Below are positions 1 through 12,240 of a stretch of DNA of 64,000 bases, one piece after another (position 1 is the first letter of the stretch; the number at the start of each line of letters is the position of its first letter). The translations under genes and the position numbers were made by a program. This stretch comes from Octopus sinensis. Taxonomy: Eukaryota. The stretch covers positions 62,001 through 126,000 of the forward strand of contig NW_021832417.1 of NCBI RefSeq assembly GCF_006345805.1, given 5' to 3'. Below the pieces are notes generated by a model that was not told where the DNA came from, did no database searches, and worked only from the letters and a program-made list of their open reading frames with translations.

Positions 1-375
1 ATACAGAGTACAGAATTCTGCTTTGATAAAGAAAAGAAATCTTGCAGTGGATTCAATCACATGACTGATAAATTAATATCTTATTCACTTGGCAATCTGA
101 CATTCACAATTGAATCTACATTAACACAAGATTTCTGTGAAGAATCCTTTTAATCATTTAAAACTCTGACAAGGTGACTCAAGACATTTGCTACAACAGA
201 TCTGATGTGACTCATATTAAAAGTCAAAAAATCATCATTAATTTAACCATTTCATGATTCTAGTTGCTCATCACATGTCTCTCATTAAATATGAATCTAA
301 AAATACAAATCCTAATGCAGTAAAACTAAATATGTTTCCATGTATAAAATTTATTCATTCTTTGTTGTAATGTAT

Positions 376-1680
376 TACAAGAATGTACCTAAAAGAAACT
401 GGAATTTTGCAGTATTATTTTATTCACTTACTTTTATATGTTTACACTTTTATTGCTTTCAAAGTATTCTCCATTTGAAGCAATGCATTGACCTAGACAC
501 ATTTTCCACCATTTGAAGCAGTATTGGAACTCTTGCAAAGTGATGCCTTTTAAATCTGCCATCATTTTTCCCTTCACTTCTTCCACATTTGCAAAACGTT
601 TCGCTTTAAGGACATTTTTCATTCAGAGGAACAAAACAAAAAAAGATAAAGTCACAGGGAGCAAGATCAGGTGAATAGGGAGGGTGGGTAAGCAGGTTTA
701 TTCCATTTTTTGGTCAAAATTTGTCTCACATTCAAGAAGGTGTGCACAGGTGCATTGTTGTGATGAACCCACCACTCTTCACTTTGCCACTGGTCAGAGC
801 ATTTTTGTCTCAACATGTCTTGCAAGCACTTCAGAACTTCCAAATAAAATGATTGGTTAACAGTTTGAGCTGGAGGAACAAATTCTGTGTGGACAATTCC
901 TTTTGGATTGATTAAACAAAACAGCATTGTCTTGACTTTGCACTTCACTTGACATACTTTTTGGGGGCATGGTAATATTGAATGCTTCCATTGACTTGAT
1001 TGCTGCTTTGTTTCCAGGTCGTAGCCATTGCACCAACTTTCATCACCAGTGATGATCTTTAGAAAATGGGCTGGATCAATCTCCAACTGTTTTTTTTTTA
1101 GTTCACAACACATTCAGTCATGACTGCTTTTGATCTTCTGTGAGCAAATGCAGCACAAATTTTGCTGCAGCTCTTTTCATTCACAATTCCTCACTTAAAA
1201 TTCATTGGCAGGAGCTTCAGGACACACAAGTCATATCAACAAGTTTGTCAATTGTTTGGTGATGGTCCTCCAAGATCAGTTCATGAATTTTTGTGATGTT
1301 TTCATTCATTTGGGAGGTCAATGGACACCCTGAACAAGATCGGTATTCAAGCAACATGTGACAATTCTTAAAGCATGAAAACCACTCGTAAACTTGTTTT
1401 GCTCATGACAGCGTCCTTGTAAGCTTTTTGAAGCATGACAACTGTTTCATGGAAGCATGCTATTCCTTTGTTTCAGCCATCACAAAAATTGACAAACTGG
1501 GAGAAGCACTGCAAAGCAATGCTACGCCACATGGCAGTACTTTACTCGATGCCACTGGTCCATTGGTTAGTATACTGGTGCCTGAGGGTTGCATCAAGTG
1601 ACTTGTAGCAGTGGAAGTCTGAACTACAACTGGCTTACTCCACAGAGAACTTTTCTGGTTACTTTTGGGTGTCCCTCATA
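376..1680 (-). mobile_element. Full-size mariner (DD34D) DNA transposon, decayed
   Basis: Minus-strand ORFs 667-1113 (ITGDESW, YDLETKQQSSQW, HHNNAPVHT with D>N) and 434-622 (C-terminus); YSPDLAPCDF follows in a shifted frame. Degenerate TIRs tacaagaatgtacctaaaagaaactggaa (376-) and revcomp tatgagggacacccaaaagtaaccagaa (-1680), TA at both ends, ~1.3 kb. Confidence 0.9.
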
Positions 1681-3014
1681 GTTTATCTCTTTATCTGTCA
1701 TATCCTGTGCCATAGCATAGTTTATATTCTAGTCTATACACCCTGAAACATATCTTGATATATATTTCTTGCTCCTTTCATCTTGCAATATGTGCTAAAT
1801 TTTAATCATGGTTAGCCTAATATGCATCTCCAGAGAGTTTTTCTACAGATCAAAACAACCATGTGACCTATATCATAATTCATTTCCTCGTCAGTGCAAC
1901 CATGTATGTAACAGTTCATCACTTGATGAATATAGCAAAGTATTTCATACAACAGTTTAAGTCCTTGTTGGTGCAAACCTGGCATATACAATATAGTTCA
2001 TATCCCATTAGTTTTTATGCATGAGAATTTCTGATTAAGACCTGAATTTAATCAGGGGCATATAATGAGCAGCTTGTGTCAAGTGGTTGTTAACTGATCT
2101 TAACAGGATTTGAACTTAAAATGTAAAACACTGCAAGATATTTTTGAGTGATGCTGTAACAATTCCACCAAGTCATAGAAATAATAATGATGATTATTCA
2201 TTCTTAAGTTGTCTTGGAAGTTCTTCAAGGAAAATATTTGTATTTTTTATATAACTATTCCAAGAACTGATCCAGGAGAAAAGTGGGTGGAGAAAAGATG
2301 CCAGAAAGAGAGAATAAGAGGGTCAGAGAAAGAGAGAGAAATGGTCACAACTTTCTCCTTATAAAATGTAATTAGCAATGAAATTGAGTTCGTTACAATA
2401 AATAATAAAAGACATATAGTGAGATAATTAGGAGTTCAGAATAAATTAATGATCTAATGTCATTAGAAAATGATTAATATGTTGTTTCAACAACTATCTT
2501 AAATTGTACATCTTGTGGTGCATAGCACTGAAGGAGTCCATGAATAGTGAAGTGTTTTTCTCCTCAGCCAAAAATGATAGTATGTCTTGTACACACATCA
2601 TTTATAAACAATGATTTAGTGTCAACAGTAATTTGATTAATTATGTAAAAAAAAAATAGCATACTCTATGCTGCAGTTAATAATGCATTGCATTCTTATA
2701 ATACCTCAAATACAACACAAAACACATATACACACACACAAAAACACAAACACATATGATTTGTAACATTCCTACAAAACCACACATTTACAGCAGATTA
2801 GAGGTAGGTACTGTTTATTAATTTGACTTCAGTATCCCATTAATATTTATTTGAACAATCCTGGAACTTGTTGACCTCTGTCACCCAACAAAATTTGATC
2901 TCAGGATACAGAAAGATGGTATTAAATACTGTCTAGTATTCTATATTAAAAAAAATTCATTTATAAGAAAATTCACACATATAAACAATCATATATACAC
3001 ATGAACTAATAAAG

Positions 3015-3163
3015 GTCGACCCTTGTGTAGCCATTCAATTTGCTAGTAATAGTAGCCAAATCTCCCTAATCAAACCCTACTGCCTTCAATGCAGAAGGGA
3101 ACATTAAATAATGTGGTAATGGCTAGAAAACCTTTGATAATAAGGTTGCTTGAGCAGGGATGA
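3015..3163 (+). mobile_element. Fragment of interspersed repeat family D (tagcagccaaatctccc motif)
   Basis: Shares tagccaaatctccc...ccctac...acattaaataatgt with other copies at ~39360, ~40680 and ~53400. Confidence 0.45.
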
Positions 3164-3317
3164 CATATGTACACACACATACACATATTCACATATAAGC
3201 TTTATACATATGCAGATAGTAAGATTATTTGGATATACTGCTGAATTGTAGTTCCATATGATATCTGCTGTATTGAATAGATGTAGTATTGAACTGTGTA
3301 GTTCTATATAACATTTG

Positions 3318-3690
3318 TTACATCTGCCAAATAACAAGATTATGTTTTCATCGGCATTGGTAGTCCATCTGTGTGCAAAATAACTAAAATGTTGCTAACG
3401 ATATTTGATGAAACTTGCAGAAAAAGTTGATAATGACACAAGAAACAGATGATGAAATTTTAGTAGTGATCTAGGAATTTTTATGGATTCTTGAAGGATT
3501 TTTCATTTGTTATATTTACTTTACATGAAGTATTACACTGTTACTTTCTTTGATTATCTCCTTGAAAACACGTTCATCGTTTCCACCGATGGTGGCATTG
3601 CTGTTTCCAAAGTTTATTTTCGTTACTCTAATAGTAATTTTACTCGCATAGCCATCTTAAAATGAGCTGCTTGGCAGAGGTCTGTGGAGG
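3318..3690 (+). mobile_element. Helentron-associated (HINE/DINE-like) non-autonomous element
   Basis: Subterminal inverted repeats acatctgccaa (3320-3330) / ttggcagaggt (3671-3681), 1 mismatch. Internal ttatgttttcatcggc...gatatttgatgaaacttg...aaattttagtagtgatc layout resembles HINE-type elements (from memory). Confidence 0.5.
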
Positions 3691-3960
3691 AGGACATGAC
3701 AAGCCTTGACTATTGGGATTGACTCAAAAAGGTAAGGCTTTGCTCCCTCCATTGCTGCTGTGAGCTCTATATCATCTGTATGATGTGGAAAATATTCCAT
3801 CAACATTACCCATTTTTAAAATTCATCCGAGGCTTGGCTCCCGTGCCATCCATCCACTACAGAAATGTTCATTGTCGTATCACAACACTATGACAGAACT
3901 ATTTCACCTCAATTGGCCCTGCTCTCTTTAACATCGGGTCAGACACACATAAAGGAGGAA
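3690..3960 (+). mobile_element. Old 3' fragment of the same CR1-clade LINE family as 59428-62940
   Basis: Direct similarity within the window: atctgtatgatgtggaaaatattccatca and aactatttcacctcaattggccctgctctctttaacat match 62518-62696. Confidence 0.8.
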
Positions 3961-4873
3961 AGTGAAATATACATTGAGCAGTGCTCTTTAAATACGTACT
4001 GGAACAAAGCTTTTCAAATTCTTCAGATCCTCATTTTTCATGAGACAATAAAATAAATATCAATTAAAAATTAGATTTGCTTTAATCAACTATTCAATAT
4101 TAGCCTTACAAAATTCATCTCAGAAGTAAACAACATTACTATAACTCTAGTTAAAACATGGTTAACTCAATTGTTCGTTTATTTTGTATAGTTTTAGAAA
4201 TTAAAAATTTTTCTTCTATTTTTCCACAAGTTGCAAAATTATAATATAAGAATAAAAAAACAGAGACTTGATCAAATGACTAAACAGAAAAATTTTATAT
4301 TATTTCACTTTGCTTTTCCATTTAATATGTTTTACATTTTTCTTTTTCCTTATAATTTTGTTATCTTAAGAGAAACAGCATTGATATGCAGATGTGTTCT
4401 GAAAGATAAGAAATGTATTAATAACTAACTAAAACTAACTAATACTACTCACACACAGAGAAAATAATAATGATAATTACTCCAGAAAGAGGTTTACCAA
4501 AATTACCCAAGGAAGTATTTAGCTATTTTACTTATTTATTTATTTGTTTCAGTTCCTATCACGTTGCCTAATACCAAATCCAATGATAAATGATTTTAGA
4601 ATTCTGTACAAAAAAACTGAAAATGAATAATTTTCTATTGATTCTACATAATTCCTTAATGTTAAGTTACATTAGCACAAAATATCAGCTACACATGTTT
4701 AAAGCTAATTGGTAATTCTGTTTATAATTCCTTATAAATATGTTTTGTTGTGAAAGATAGAATTTTCATTTGAAAATAATGAAATTACTGTGAAGTAGAA
4801 CAGAAGAATATCTTATACAACATGCATTTAATAGTATATTCCACACCAACAACTTATTTTTTACTTATTTCAG

Positions 4874-5245
4874 TCATTGGACTGTACATGTACTTGTACT
4901 TGTGGCAACATTCATCCTGGGCGGGTTGAGTCGGCTTCTTCTACTCATGGAAGAAGTTTCGTGGGAATATGTGGATTTCACAAGCGGTCCCCAACAATCC
5001 TGCATGTAGAGATATCCTGTTTGCTGCAGATTGTCTACAGACGCAGGGACAGATCGACTGAGGAGCCGCTGGTTGCCGAAACAAATACTCCAAGAATTTT
5101 CACCCCATCTGCCGGGTTGTGGCCCTAATACCACTCGGTGTCAGACCAATCCGCTTTGCGTGGCTCTACCAGGAACTGGAGTTCCCGACGGCATAGCTCT
5201 GACACTACCCATTGCCAGCGTCCCCACCACGGTGAGGAGGTGATA
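4874..5245. other. CpG-rich, GC-rich island of unassigned origin (probably a young repeat fragment)
   Basis: About 14 or more CpGs in ~370 bp against a CpG-poor background; no recognisable protein in six frames. Confidence 0.5.
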
Positions 5246-5249
5246 GACT

Positions 5250-5430
5250 TTGGACTGTGACCATGATGCACTACTTAGAAGAGTTTAGCTGACCAAATCG
5301 ACCCTAGTACTTGTTTTTAAGTATGGTGCTCAATTCTATTGGTCACTTTTGCTGAACCATTAAGTTGCAGGGGTGTAAACAATACATCATTGGTTGTCAA
5401 GCTGTAGTGGGGACAAACACAGACACAGAC
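5250..5430 (-). mobile_element. tRNA-derived SINE family A, 3' half
   Basis: Matches the 3' half of the young copy at 46529-46925 (ttgtcaagc...ggggacaaacacagac). Confidence 0.7.
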
Positions 5431-6189
5431 ATACAATCATACATACATACATACGTACATACATATACGTACATGTGTGTGTCTATATATATATATATAT
5501 ATACATATATTTATGTATTTTTGTAGTTATATATGAATCTGCTGGCCACAGCATTTCATCTATTCCATTGCTGATCTCATTCTCTTTCTCCATTGCAGTT
5601 TCATTATCCTCTTTGTGTTGTCAATCCATCTGAGTGGAGGCCTTCCTAGTTGTCATTTCTGCTCACATGCATACCACTTAATGACTATATTAATCAGAGT
5701 GAACAATATGGCTGATCTTATCAATCAGTTTCATGCGAGGAGTACAGTGGTGTGTTAGGTAACAGTTCAATTAAGTAATGCTGTGCTCTTTAGAGATGGC
5801 AGTTATGGAATGAAATATGGCGACTGCTCTCTTTTGCTGAAGGTGAACAGATATCTAGCTTGTGGTTGCTGTGAAAAAGATGATGAAACGAATCCACCAA
5901 GGGTTAAGTTAATAGTTATGTCCCTTGGTACAAAAGCAACCATCTCTGGGCATGCTGCAAATTGACATGAGTTTTCTGGAAAAGAGTTTATATGAAATAA
6001 GTGTATCTTTAAAGTTGTTGCTCTTGTAGAAATGGAATGTGCATAGTGGTACTATATGTATAGCGATTGTGGGTGGTGGAAAATGGTCTGTTGGGTGTAT
6101 GTCCAGCAGTTTAGTGTGTGTGTTTGTGAGTGTGTTTGTGCATGTTTTAGTCAGACTCTTGCTGAATTCTCAGGTATTAGTGGTGGGAG

Positions 6190-6790
6190 GGCTGAAGCTG
6201 GGGGACTGGTAATTATAGTCACAATGGGGCACGCAAGTATGGTAGGATGTACTACCTTTCATGTGGGCAAGGATTAAAAATTTCACTTATGCTGTTTAGG
6301 TAGATGCCTGGGTGCTGAGAGCTCCTTAATATCACTCTTTTCTCTGCCAGACATAATCTGCACTTCCTACTGCTATTAAAGTGTCCTTTAAATTTCTTTA
6401 AAATCCTCCACTTTATGCTGTACTTAGTGTTACTTTCTTTCAATGACCATACATGTTTGGCCAGGGTTGTGGTGTTATGCCTCTCTGGGAAGCTGAAGGA
6501 GGACTTGTAGTTGCTATAGCAAGCTGTGAAGGGGCCTTCAGTTGCTCCCTTGTACTTTTGCACGTTGGGTTGCCCATTTGTTCATATTGCTGTTACCATT
6601 GCCTTGTATATGACAGTTTCCTTATTACTGTGCCTGTTTAATGGACATGATGTGTTACCTCTATATGAGCATCCTGCCTTTGTCTCAGGTGTGGGCCTAA
6701 CTACTAAAATCTTTTTTACATTGGGTGCACAGCTAAAGGAAACTCTCAGTGTTGCCTATTAAATATTTTACTGAACCAATTTGTATGAAG
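6190..6790 (-). mobile_element. Penelope-like retroelement, GIY-YIG endonuclease region
   Basis: Minus frame gives LRVSFSCAPNVKKIL...CSYRGNTSCPLNRHSNKETVIYKAMVT*...YKGATEGPFTACYSNYKSSF...TTLAKHVWSLK...IKWRIL...CRLCLAEK...LNSISEIFNPCPH, typical of PLE C-termini. 5640-6100 may be its 3' flank. Confidence 0.85.
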
Positions 6791-6834
6791 GAGGCACACT
6801 CTGACAAGTTCCTTACATATATGTGTATATATCT

Positions 6835-7052
6835 ATGTGTGTGTCTTTGTGTCTGTGTTTGTCCCCCACTACCACTTGACAACCAATGTTGGTGTGTTTA
6901 TGTCTCCATAACTTAGCAGTTTATCAAAAGAGACTGATAAAATAATTACTATGCTTAAAACTCCAGGGGTCAATTTTTTGACTAAACCCCTTCAGAGTGG
7001 TGTTTCAGCATGACCCCATGGTATGATGATTGAAACAAGTAAAAGATAAAAG
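6835..7052 (+). mobile_element. SINE family A, 3' half
   Basis: tgtttgtcccccactaccacttgacaacc...tgaaacaagtaaaagataaaaga tail. Confidence 0.75.
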
Positions 7053-7189
7053 ATATATATGTGTGTGTGACAGAATCATGTGGTTCCATTGCACACATGG
7101 GAAACAAATTTCTTAACCACACAGCAATATTTATACAGACATGAGGCAGCATATCTTAATACTCTTCACCTAAGTGATGAGTTCTCTAT

Positions 7190-8660
7190 TCCAGACTTTA
7201 AGTTATTTTTTGTTGCAAAAAAAAAAAAAACTATGCAATATAAATGCCAAAGTTCATTTAAAGTTAAAACCACTTATAACCAATTACCCAAGTATGCTGG
7301 AGTAAAAAAATATATTAACAAAAACATACAAATATTAACTAAGGAAATCTACTTAAAAGCATTCTACAAAAGACTAATTAATATAAGAAAAAGAAAATTA
7401 TATTAAAAATTCAAGAGATCAAAATTTTTTAAATGTATCTGTATTCAGTCAGATAGAACAAAAGTACCTCTATCGAATAGATTAAAATGCTTCACATAAG
7501 CATGTATCTAATAACATAACAAAAACTGATAAGAAGAGAAACAACGATATAATAAAAGAAATTAATACTATAGATCAAAAGATTTCATCAAACATTGAAT
7601 AGAAGAATGAACAGAACCTTTAATTCTAAAATAACCATATATCACTTTCAAGGACCTCAAATCAATTTCAAAAATAAACCATGCATACAATTAATTAACA
7701 CAACAATAACTGATATAAGTGTTTTAGATAAAAATATTTTAAATAGAATTATCTCCAAATTAAAACAAAGCAAAACTACTGCTTAAGCAAAACACATCAG
7801 AAACTTTTACCTAGTTTGTTTCCATCCAAAATAGAATGCAGTTTTTTATAAACAGATGTCAAGAGAATTTTCCATCTACTACTATACCTTTATTAATTAA
7901 TGTTTAAAATTACACACAATTAACACCCAATATTACACAAGATCAATAAACACAATCTGCTCAATATATGGAAACTATATTACATGTCTAGAAGACAGGT
8001 TTGAGCTGTAATTAACATTTATCATCCAAAAAACTAAAAGTCACACCTTTTGATGTCAGCATGGTTACATGTGACTCTGTCAAAGTCAGTGACCAAGTAG
8101 CTTTATCTATCATAAAATATGAAAGATAATTATAATTGTAGGAACTGTGGTGTGTATCAAGATAACAGGTCTTTCATTTCAAAAAATAATCTGCAAAAAA
8201 ACTAAAAGCTTTCATTTTCCCTTTTTCTTCTTCAAAATCTAAGATCTTTTAACAACTTTCAATATTAAACTTGCTATCTAAGATTGTCTTGATATAACAT
8301 TAGAACATTAAGCCTAAATATTTCCCTGTATTACCTCTTTCGTAGACAAAATAAAGCACTAGATTATATGACAAATAATTTAATCATCCTAACAAGATCA
8401 ATAATTTAACTTAAAACAATACAACTTACTATTCTCTCTGCAACGAGAAGGTAATTGAATTCATACTAAAAGTAAAGGAACAAGAAAACACAAAAAATAG
8501 GCTTATAATATACAATCCACCATAAAACTTAGTCATAACACCAAACCAATGGCACACATTATATTTTGACTTACAAAACATTTTCAACTGCATAGTTTTA
8601 TAATAGAAACATAATTAAAATATTATATTCTATAACATCAAACTTCACATAGATATTAAC
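7190..8660 (+). mobile_element. Heavily decayed Penelope-like RT region
   Basis: Remnant motifs in order: ITIYHFQGPQINFKNKPCIQLINTTITDISVLDKNILNRI (cf. ITLKDHK.NF.N.P.CRLINP.KSEIG), FDVSMVTCDSVKVSDQVALSII (cf. FDVTMGSYDGAEVCELVG), FNHP, RKHKK; many stops. Confidence 0.7.
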
Positions 8661-8664
8661 ACCC

Positions 8665-9922
8665 TCAAATAAGAATGAAATGTCTGATTTAGAACTGAAA
8701 GTTTATTTTACTTTATCTCAACAAAAAGCAATGTTTGCACCTAAGTTATCAACACAATTTTACCATTTTATTGATAGCTTATTTATGCCAACAGTGAAGA
8801 ATTCTGGAGAGCAAGTGGTGATGAAATCACAAAAGGCTGTTTTTGCATCTTCTTCAGATTTGAAGTTTTTTCCTTGCAAAAAATTGTCCAATGTCTGAAA
8901 AACATGACAGCTAGTTAGTGCAAGGTCTGATGAATATGGTGGATGACAGAGTACTTTCAAGTTCAGTTCCTGTAACTTGAATAGCTTTCTTTGTGCAACA
9001 TGTAGTTGAGCATTGTCTTGCAAGAGAATTGGCCTGTCTCTATTGACCAATCTCAGTTGTTTAATTGCAAGTTCACTCATCCTTTCATCCACTTGGTTGA
9101 TGCATACATCTGCTGTAATTGACTTACTAGGTCTCATGAAGCTATAGCAGAAGACACCAGTGCTGAGTCATCAAACAGACACCATTAGCTTTTTTTGGTG
9201 AATATTCGTTTTTGGATTGTGTTTTGGCACTTCATCTCTATCCAGCCACTGCACAGAGCACTTGCTATTGTTGGAAAGAATTCATTTTTGATCACTCATA
9301 ACAATACGATGCAAAAATGGTTCATTCTTAGGCCATGACAGCAAAGAACAGCAGGTTTCAAGATGACATGTCATTTGTTGCTTGTTCAGTTCATGTGGTA
9401 TCCACTTGTCCAGCTTCTTTAATTAACCAATTTGCTTCAGATGGTCCAGTAAAATTGGAATTGAAACATCAAACCTTGCTGCTAACTCACGCATAGTTTG
9501 AGATGTATCCGCTTCCACTACAGTTTCCATCTCATCATTATCTACCTTGGTCTCAGGTCTACCACAGGGCTGATTTTCAAGAGTAACCAGACCAGAACTT
9601 CTCAAACCCTCACTGTAGAGTGCACTCATTTGCCACATCTTCACCAAACACATCATTGATGTTTGAAGCTGTCTGGGATGCATTGGTTACACAACAGAAC
9701 TCATATTCATAAATAACATGAATTTTTGATCTATCCATGGGTTCACAAAAGTTGATTTACAAGAGAAAACTCTCAATATAATCAGACACCATATTTTGAA
9801 AAGTCATGATGTAACTCTTCAGTGTTGTAAAACAAAGAATTGCCAGGATAAAACATTAGAGTTAACAACTGTCAAACTTGGTGCATAAGAAAACTGGATA
9901 TTTCATTTTTAACAACCTGATA
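8665..9922 (-). mobile_element. Full-size mariner (cecropia/Hsmar1-like), decayed
   Basis: ORFs 9423-9683 (GRPETKVDNDEMETVVEADTSQTMRELAARFDVSIPILLDHLKQIG) and 8760-9137 (ILLQDNAQLH...HPPYSSDLALTS...LDNFLQGKNF). Right TIR tatcaggttgttaaaaatgaaatatc; left TIR eroded. Confidence 0.9.
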
Positions 9923-10330
9923 CAAACCACCTAAACCTACCATAAGTTCCACTATCAGCAGTTGCAATTATTGAAACTAGAAAATAATAAATACTTGGAA
10001 AAAGGATTCATAGACCAATGTAAAGTACCAATAAACCATTAAAAAGCTTTCTTCCAATATTGTTAAAAGTCATTATAATCAACATACCCATACTTTCTGA
10101 AGTCGATACAGAAATAAAGATTTGTTATTCTCTAATGTTCTTATATGCTTTGGTTAACACATGACTGAACTCAATGGGCCCTCTTATTGTAAATATAAAA
10201 TAAAAATTTAATGTGAAATAGAGTAAAATATATTATTGTGCTTCATGGAATATGTTTTATGACTGGAGCAATACTTGTGAATGTTGGTATTATACTACTA
10301 CTTATATCTCATCTCTAAATAAATATTTTG
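9923..10330 (+). mobile_element. Probable continuation (GIY-YIG region) of the Penelope-like element at 7190-8660
   Basis: Degenerate agttgcaattattgaaactagaaaataataaatacttggaaaaaggattcatagaccaatgtaaagta resembles CNC..PLENKCL.K..IYQC.V; frames broken. Confidence 0.45.
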
Positions 10331-11628
10331 GGCTCCTGCTACTGTAAAATTAGAGGACTAACCATAGAAAATAAGAATTGAATAATTATGAATGAGAATG
10401 TATTACTACCCTTATCCTAAATCAATACTGGGATTGAATTTTTCAAAGAGAACATGTTGATCTAACAATTACAGGATCCTATTGTGATCCTATAGTATCA
10501 TTGGATACAAGTTTTTAATGATCATTGGTTCATTGCATTTCTGATAAGAGAGAGACAAAGGAGTGTCTGTAACATGAACTTTATTTGAAGAGCACTGTTC
10601 TTTGGGCAATATTTATCTTATTTACCACTCCAGCTTGGCAAAAATACACAATACGCACTCACAACATTCCTGCCTACCTACCTACCTACCTACATACATA
10701 CATACATTCAAACATACATACATACGTTCAAACATATATGCATACATACTTGTAATACAAACTATTAGTGGCATAATAAAGATTTGTAAGACATTCCAAG
10801 ATTCTCCATCTGGGATTCAATAGGTGAGTTGATGCACTCATTTGGTTGTGTGCATCAACAGCTCAAGCAAGTATGCTAACCCTACTCTGGGAACTCTCTT
10901 AACTCAAAACATCTTGTCACTTTGTTAGCAACTGGCTTGAACTCTCTTAAGAAGGGTTTAAATAAAACTCAAAGAAAAACCATGTATCAAGATATACACA
11001 TATATATATGGATATGTATACACACACACACACATACATATATATATGTATATGTATTTATTATATATATATATATATATAATGCCAAAATAACAGTAGT
11101 AGAAACATTATGCAATCATGCACTCACCTCTTCAGTGACCTGCAATAAATACAACAGTTGATGTTAAATCTCAGGATATATACATTATTCTCCATTATGC
11201 AAATAATCAACTACCTCACATGCAATATGAAACGGCTGGGGACAGACAAAGCATCATATCAAGAAAACCCAAACTAGCCCATCCTGAGTTTGATGCCTTG
11301 TATTGTACTATACTGGATACTTGAGTGCAATGTGGAATCCGTTACCGAGCCCAACTTTTGGTTGCATGTCACACTTCACTGAACACCTTTTTTGATGTGC
11401 GTGTGTGCAATGTCTGTACATATTTCATTAATATGAAGTTGAATCTTTACATTCATTCTTTCAAAGTATAAACTTAATGTCACAACCCCAAATAATATAT
11501 AATTCATATAAATGCTTATTGAGTACTTAGGAGAAAAATATCTTGCTCAGACTGCGGAGTACATAAATGTTTTGTCATTGGGTAACAGACTATCACACAC
11601 ACATACATAAATAGAGAAACATGCACTG

Positions 11629-11755
11629 TATTTTTACAAGGAAAATATTGACAGTTACTTTGAAGTGTCAGCTTGGTAGTCTTCTTCTGACTACTTGATG
11701 AAGGCTATTGAATTGAAACTTCAAAGTAACTGTCAATCTTTTCATTATAAAAATA
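11629..11755. repeat. Palindromic mini-element with 38-bp arms
   Basis: 11641-11666 vs 11718-11743 inverted, 25/26 identical; extends 12 bp further with 2 mismatches. Confidence 0.85.
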
Positions 11756-11864
11756 TAATAAATGTGCTACTCAACTGAAAGGTATTGAGTGGTTGTTCAA
11801 TTTCAAGTTTGTATATTTTTATACATAACTATGCATACAAGTAACATATATATATATATATACA

Positions 11865-12185
11865 CAGGTGCAAACGTGGCATTGTGGTAAGAAGCTTGCT
11901 TTCTGATCACATGGTTTTTGGGGTTCAGTCCCACTGTGTGGTACCTTGGGCGATTGTTCTCTACTATAACCTTGGGCTGACCAAAGCCTTGTGAGTGAAT
12001 TTGGTTGACAGAAACTGAAAGAAGCCCACCAAATATATGTGTGTGTGTGTGTTTGTCCCCCCACCCAATCACTGCTTGGAAAAAAGAACCGGGGTTCATT
12101 TGTTTGGCTAAAACCCTTCAGGGTTGTGCACCAGCATGGCTGCAGTCAAATGACTGAAACAAGTAAAAGAATACAAGAATGAAAG
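11865..12185 (+). mobile_element. SINE family A, near full length
   Basis: tRNA-like head (tggcattgtggtaag ... ggttcagtccca), body accaaagccttgtgag, tail tgactgaaacaagtaaaaga. Confidence 0.85.
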
Positions 12186-12240
12186 AATATATATAGTTAA
12201 ATGGTAGTGCAATCCAAAAAGAACTAGGTACAGTAAATCA

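Noticed and set aside
5700-5760. Minus-strand GAAAC-ctgat/atcag stem as a PLE hammerhead
   Set aside because: Only the stem III half is visible; no CUGANGA, and the triplet is GCC.
8665-9922. Domesticated SETMAR-like gene
   Set aside because: Frameshifts, stops and mutated catalytic motifs; no SET domain; TIR remnants indicate an ordinary dead transposon.
10828-10859. 10-bp hairpin gttgatgcac/gtgcatcaac, and other small tandem or inverted repeats (13425-13455, 17846-17864, 24601-24654, 27455-27485, 37908-37930)
   Set aside because: Short enough to arise by chance or local slippage in 64 kb; no context suggesting function.
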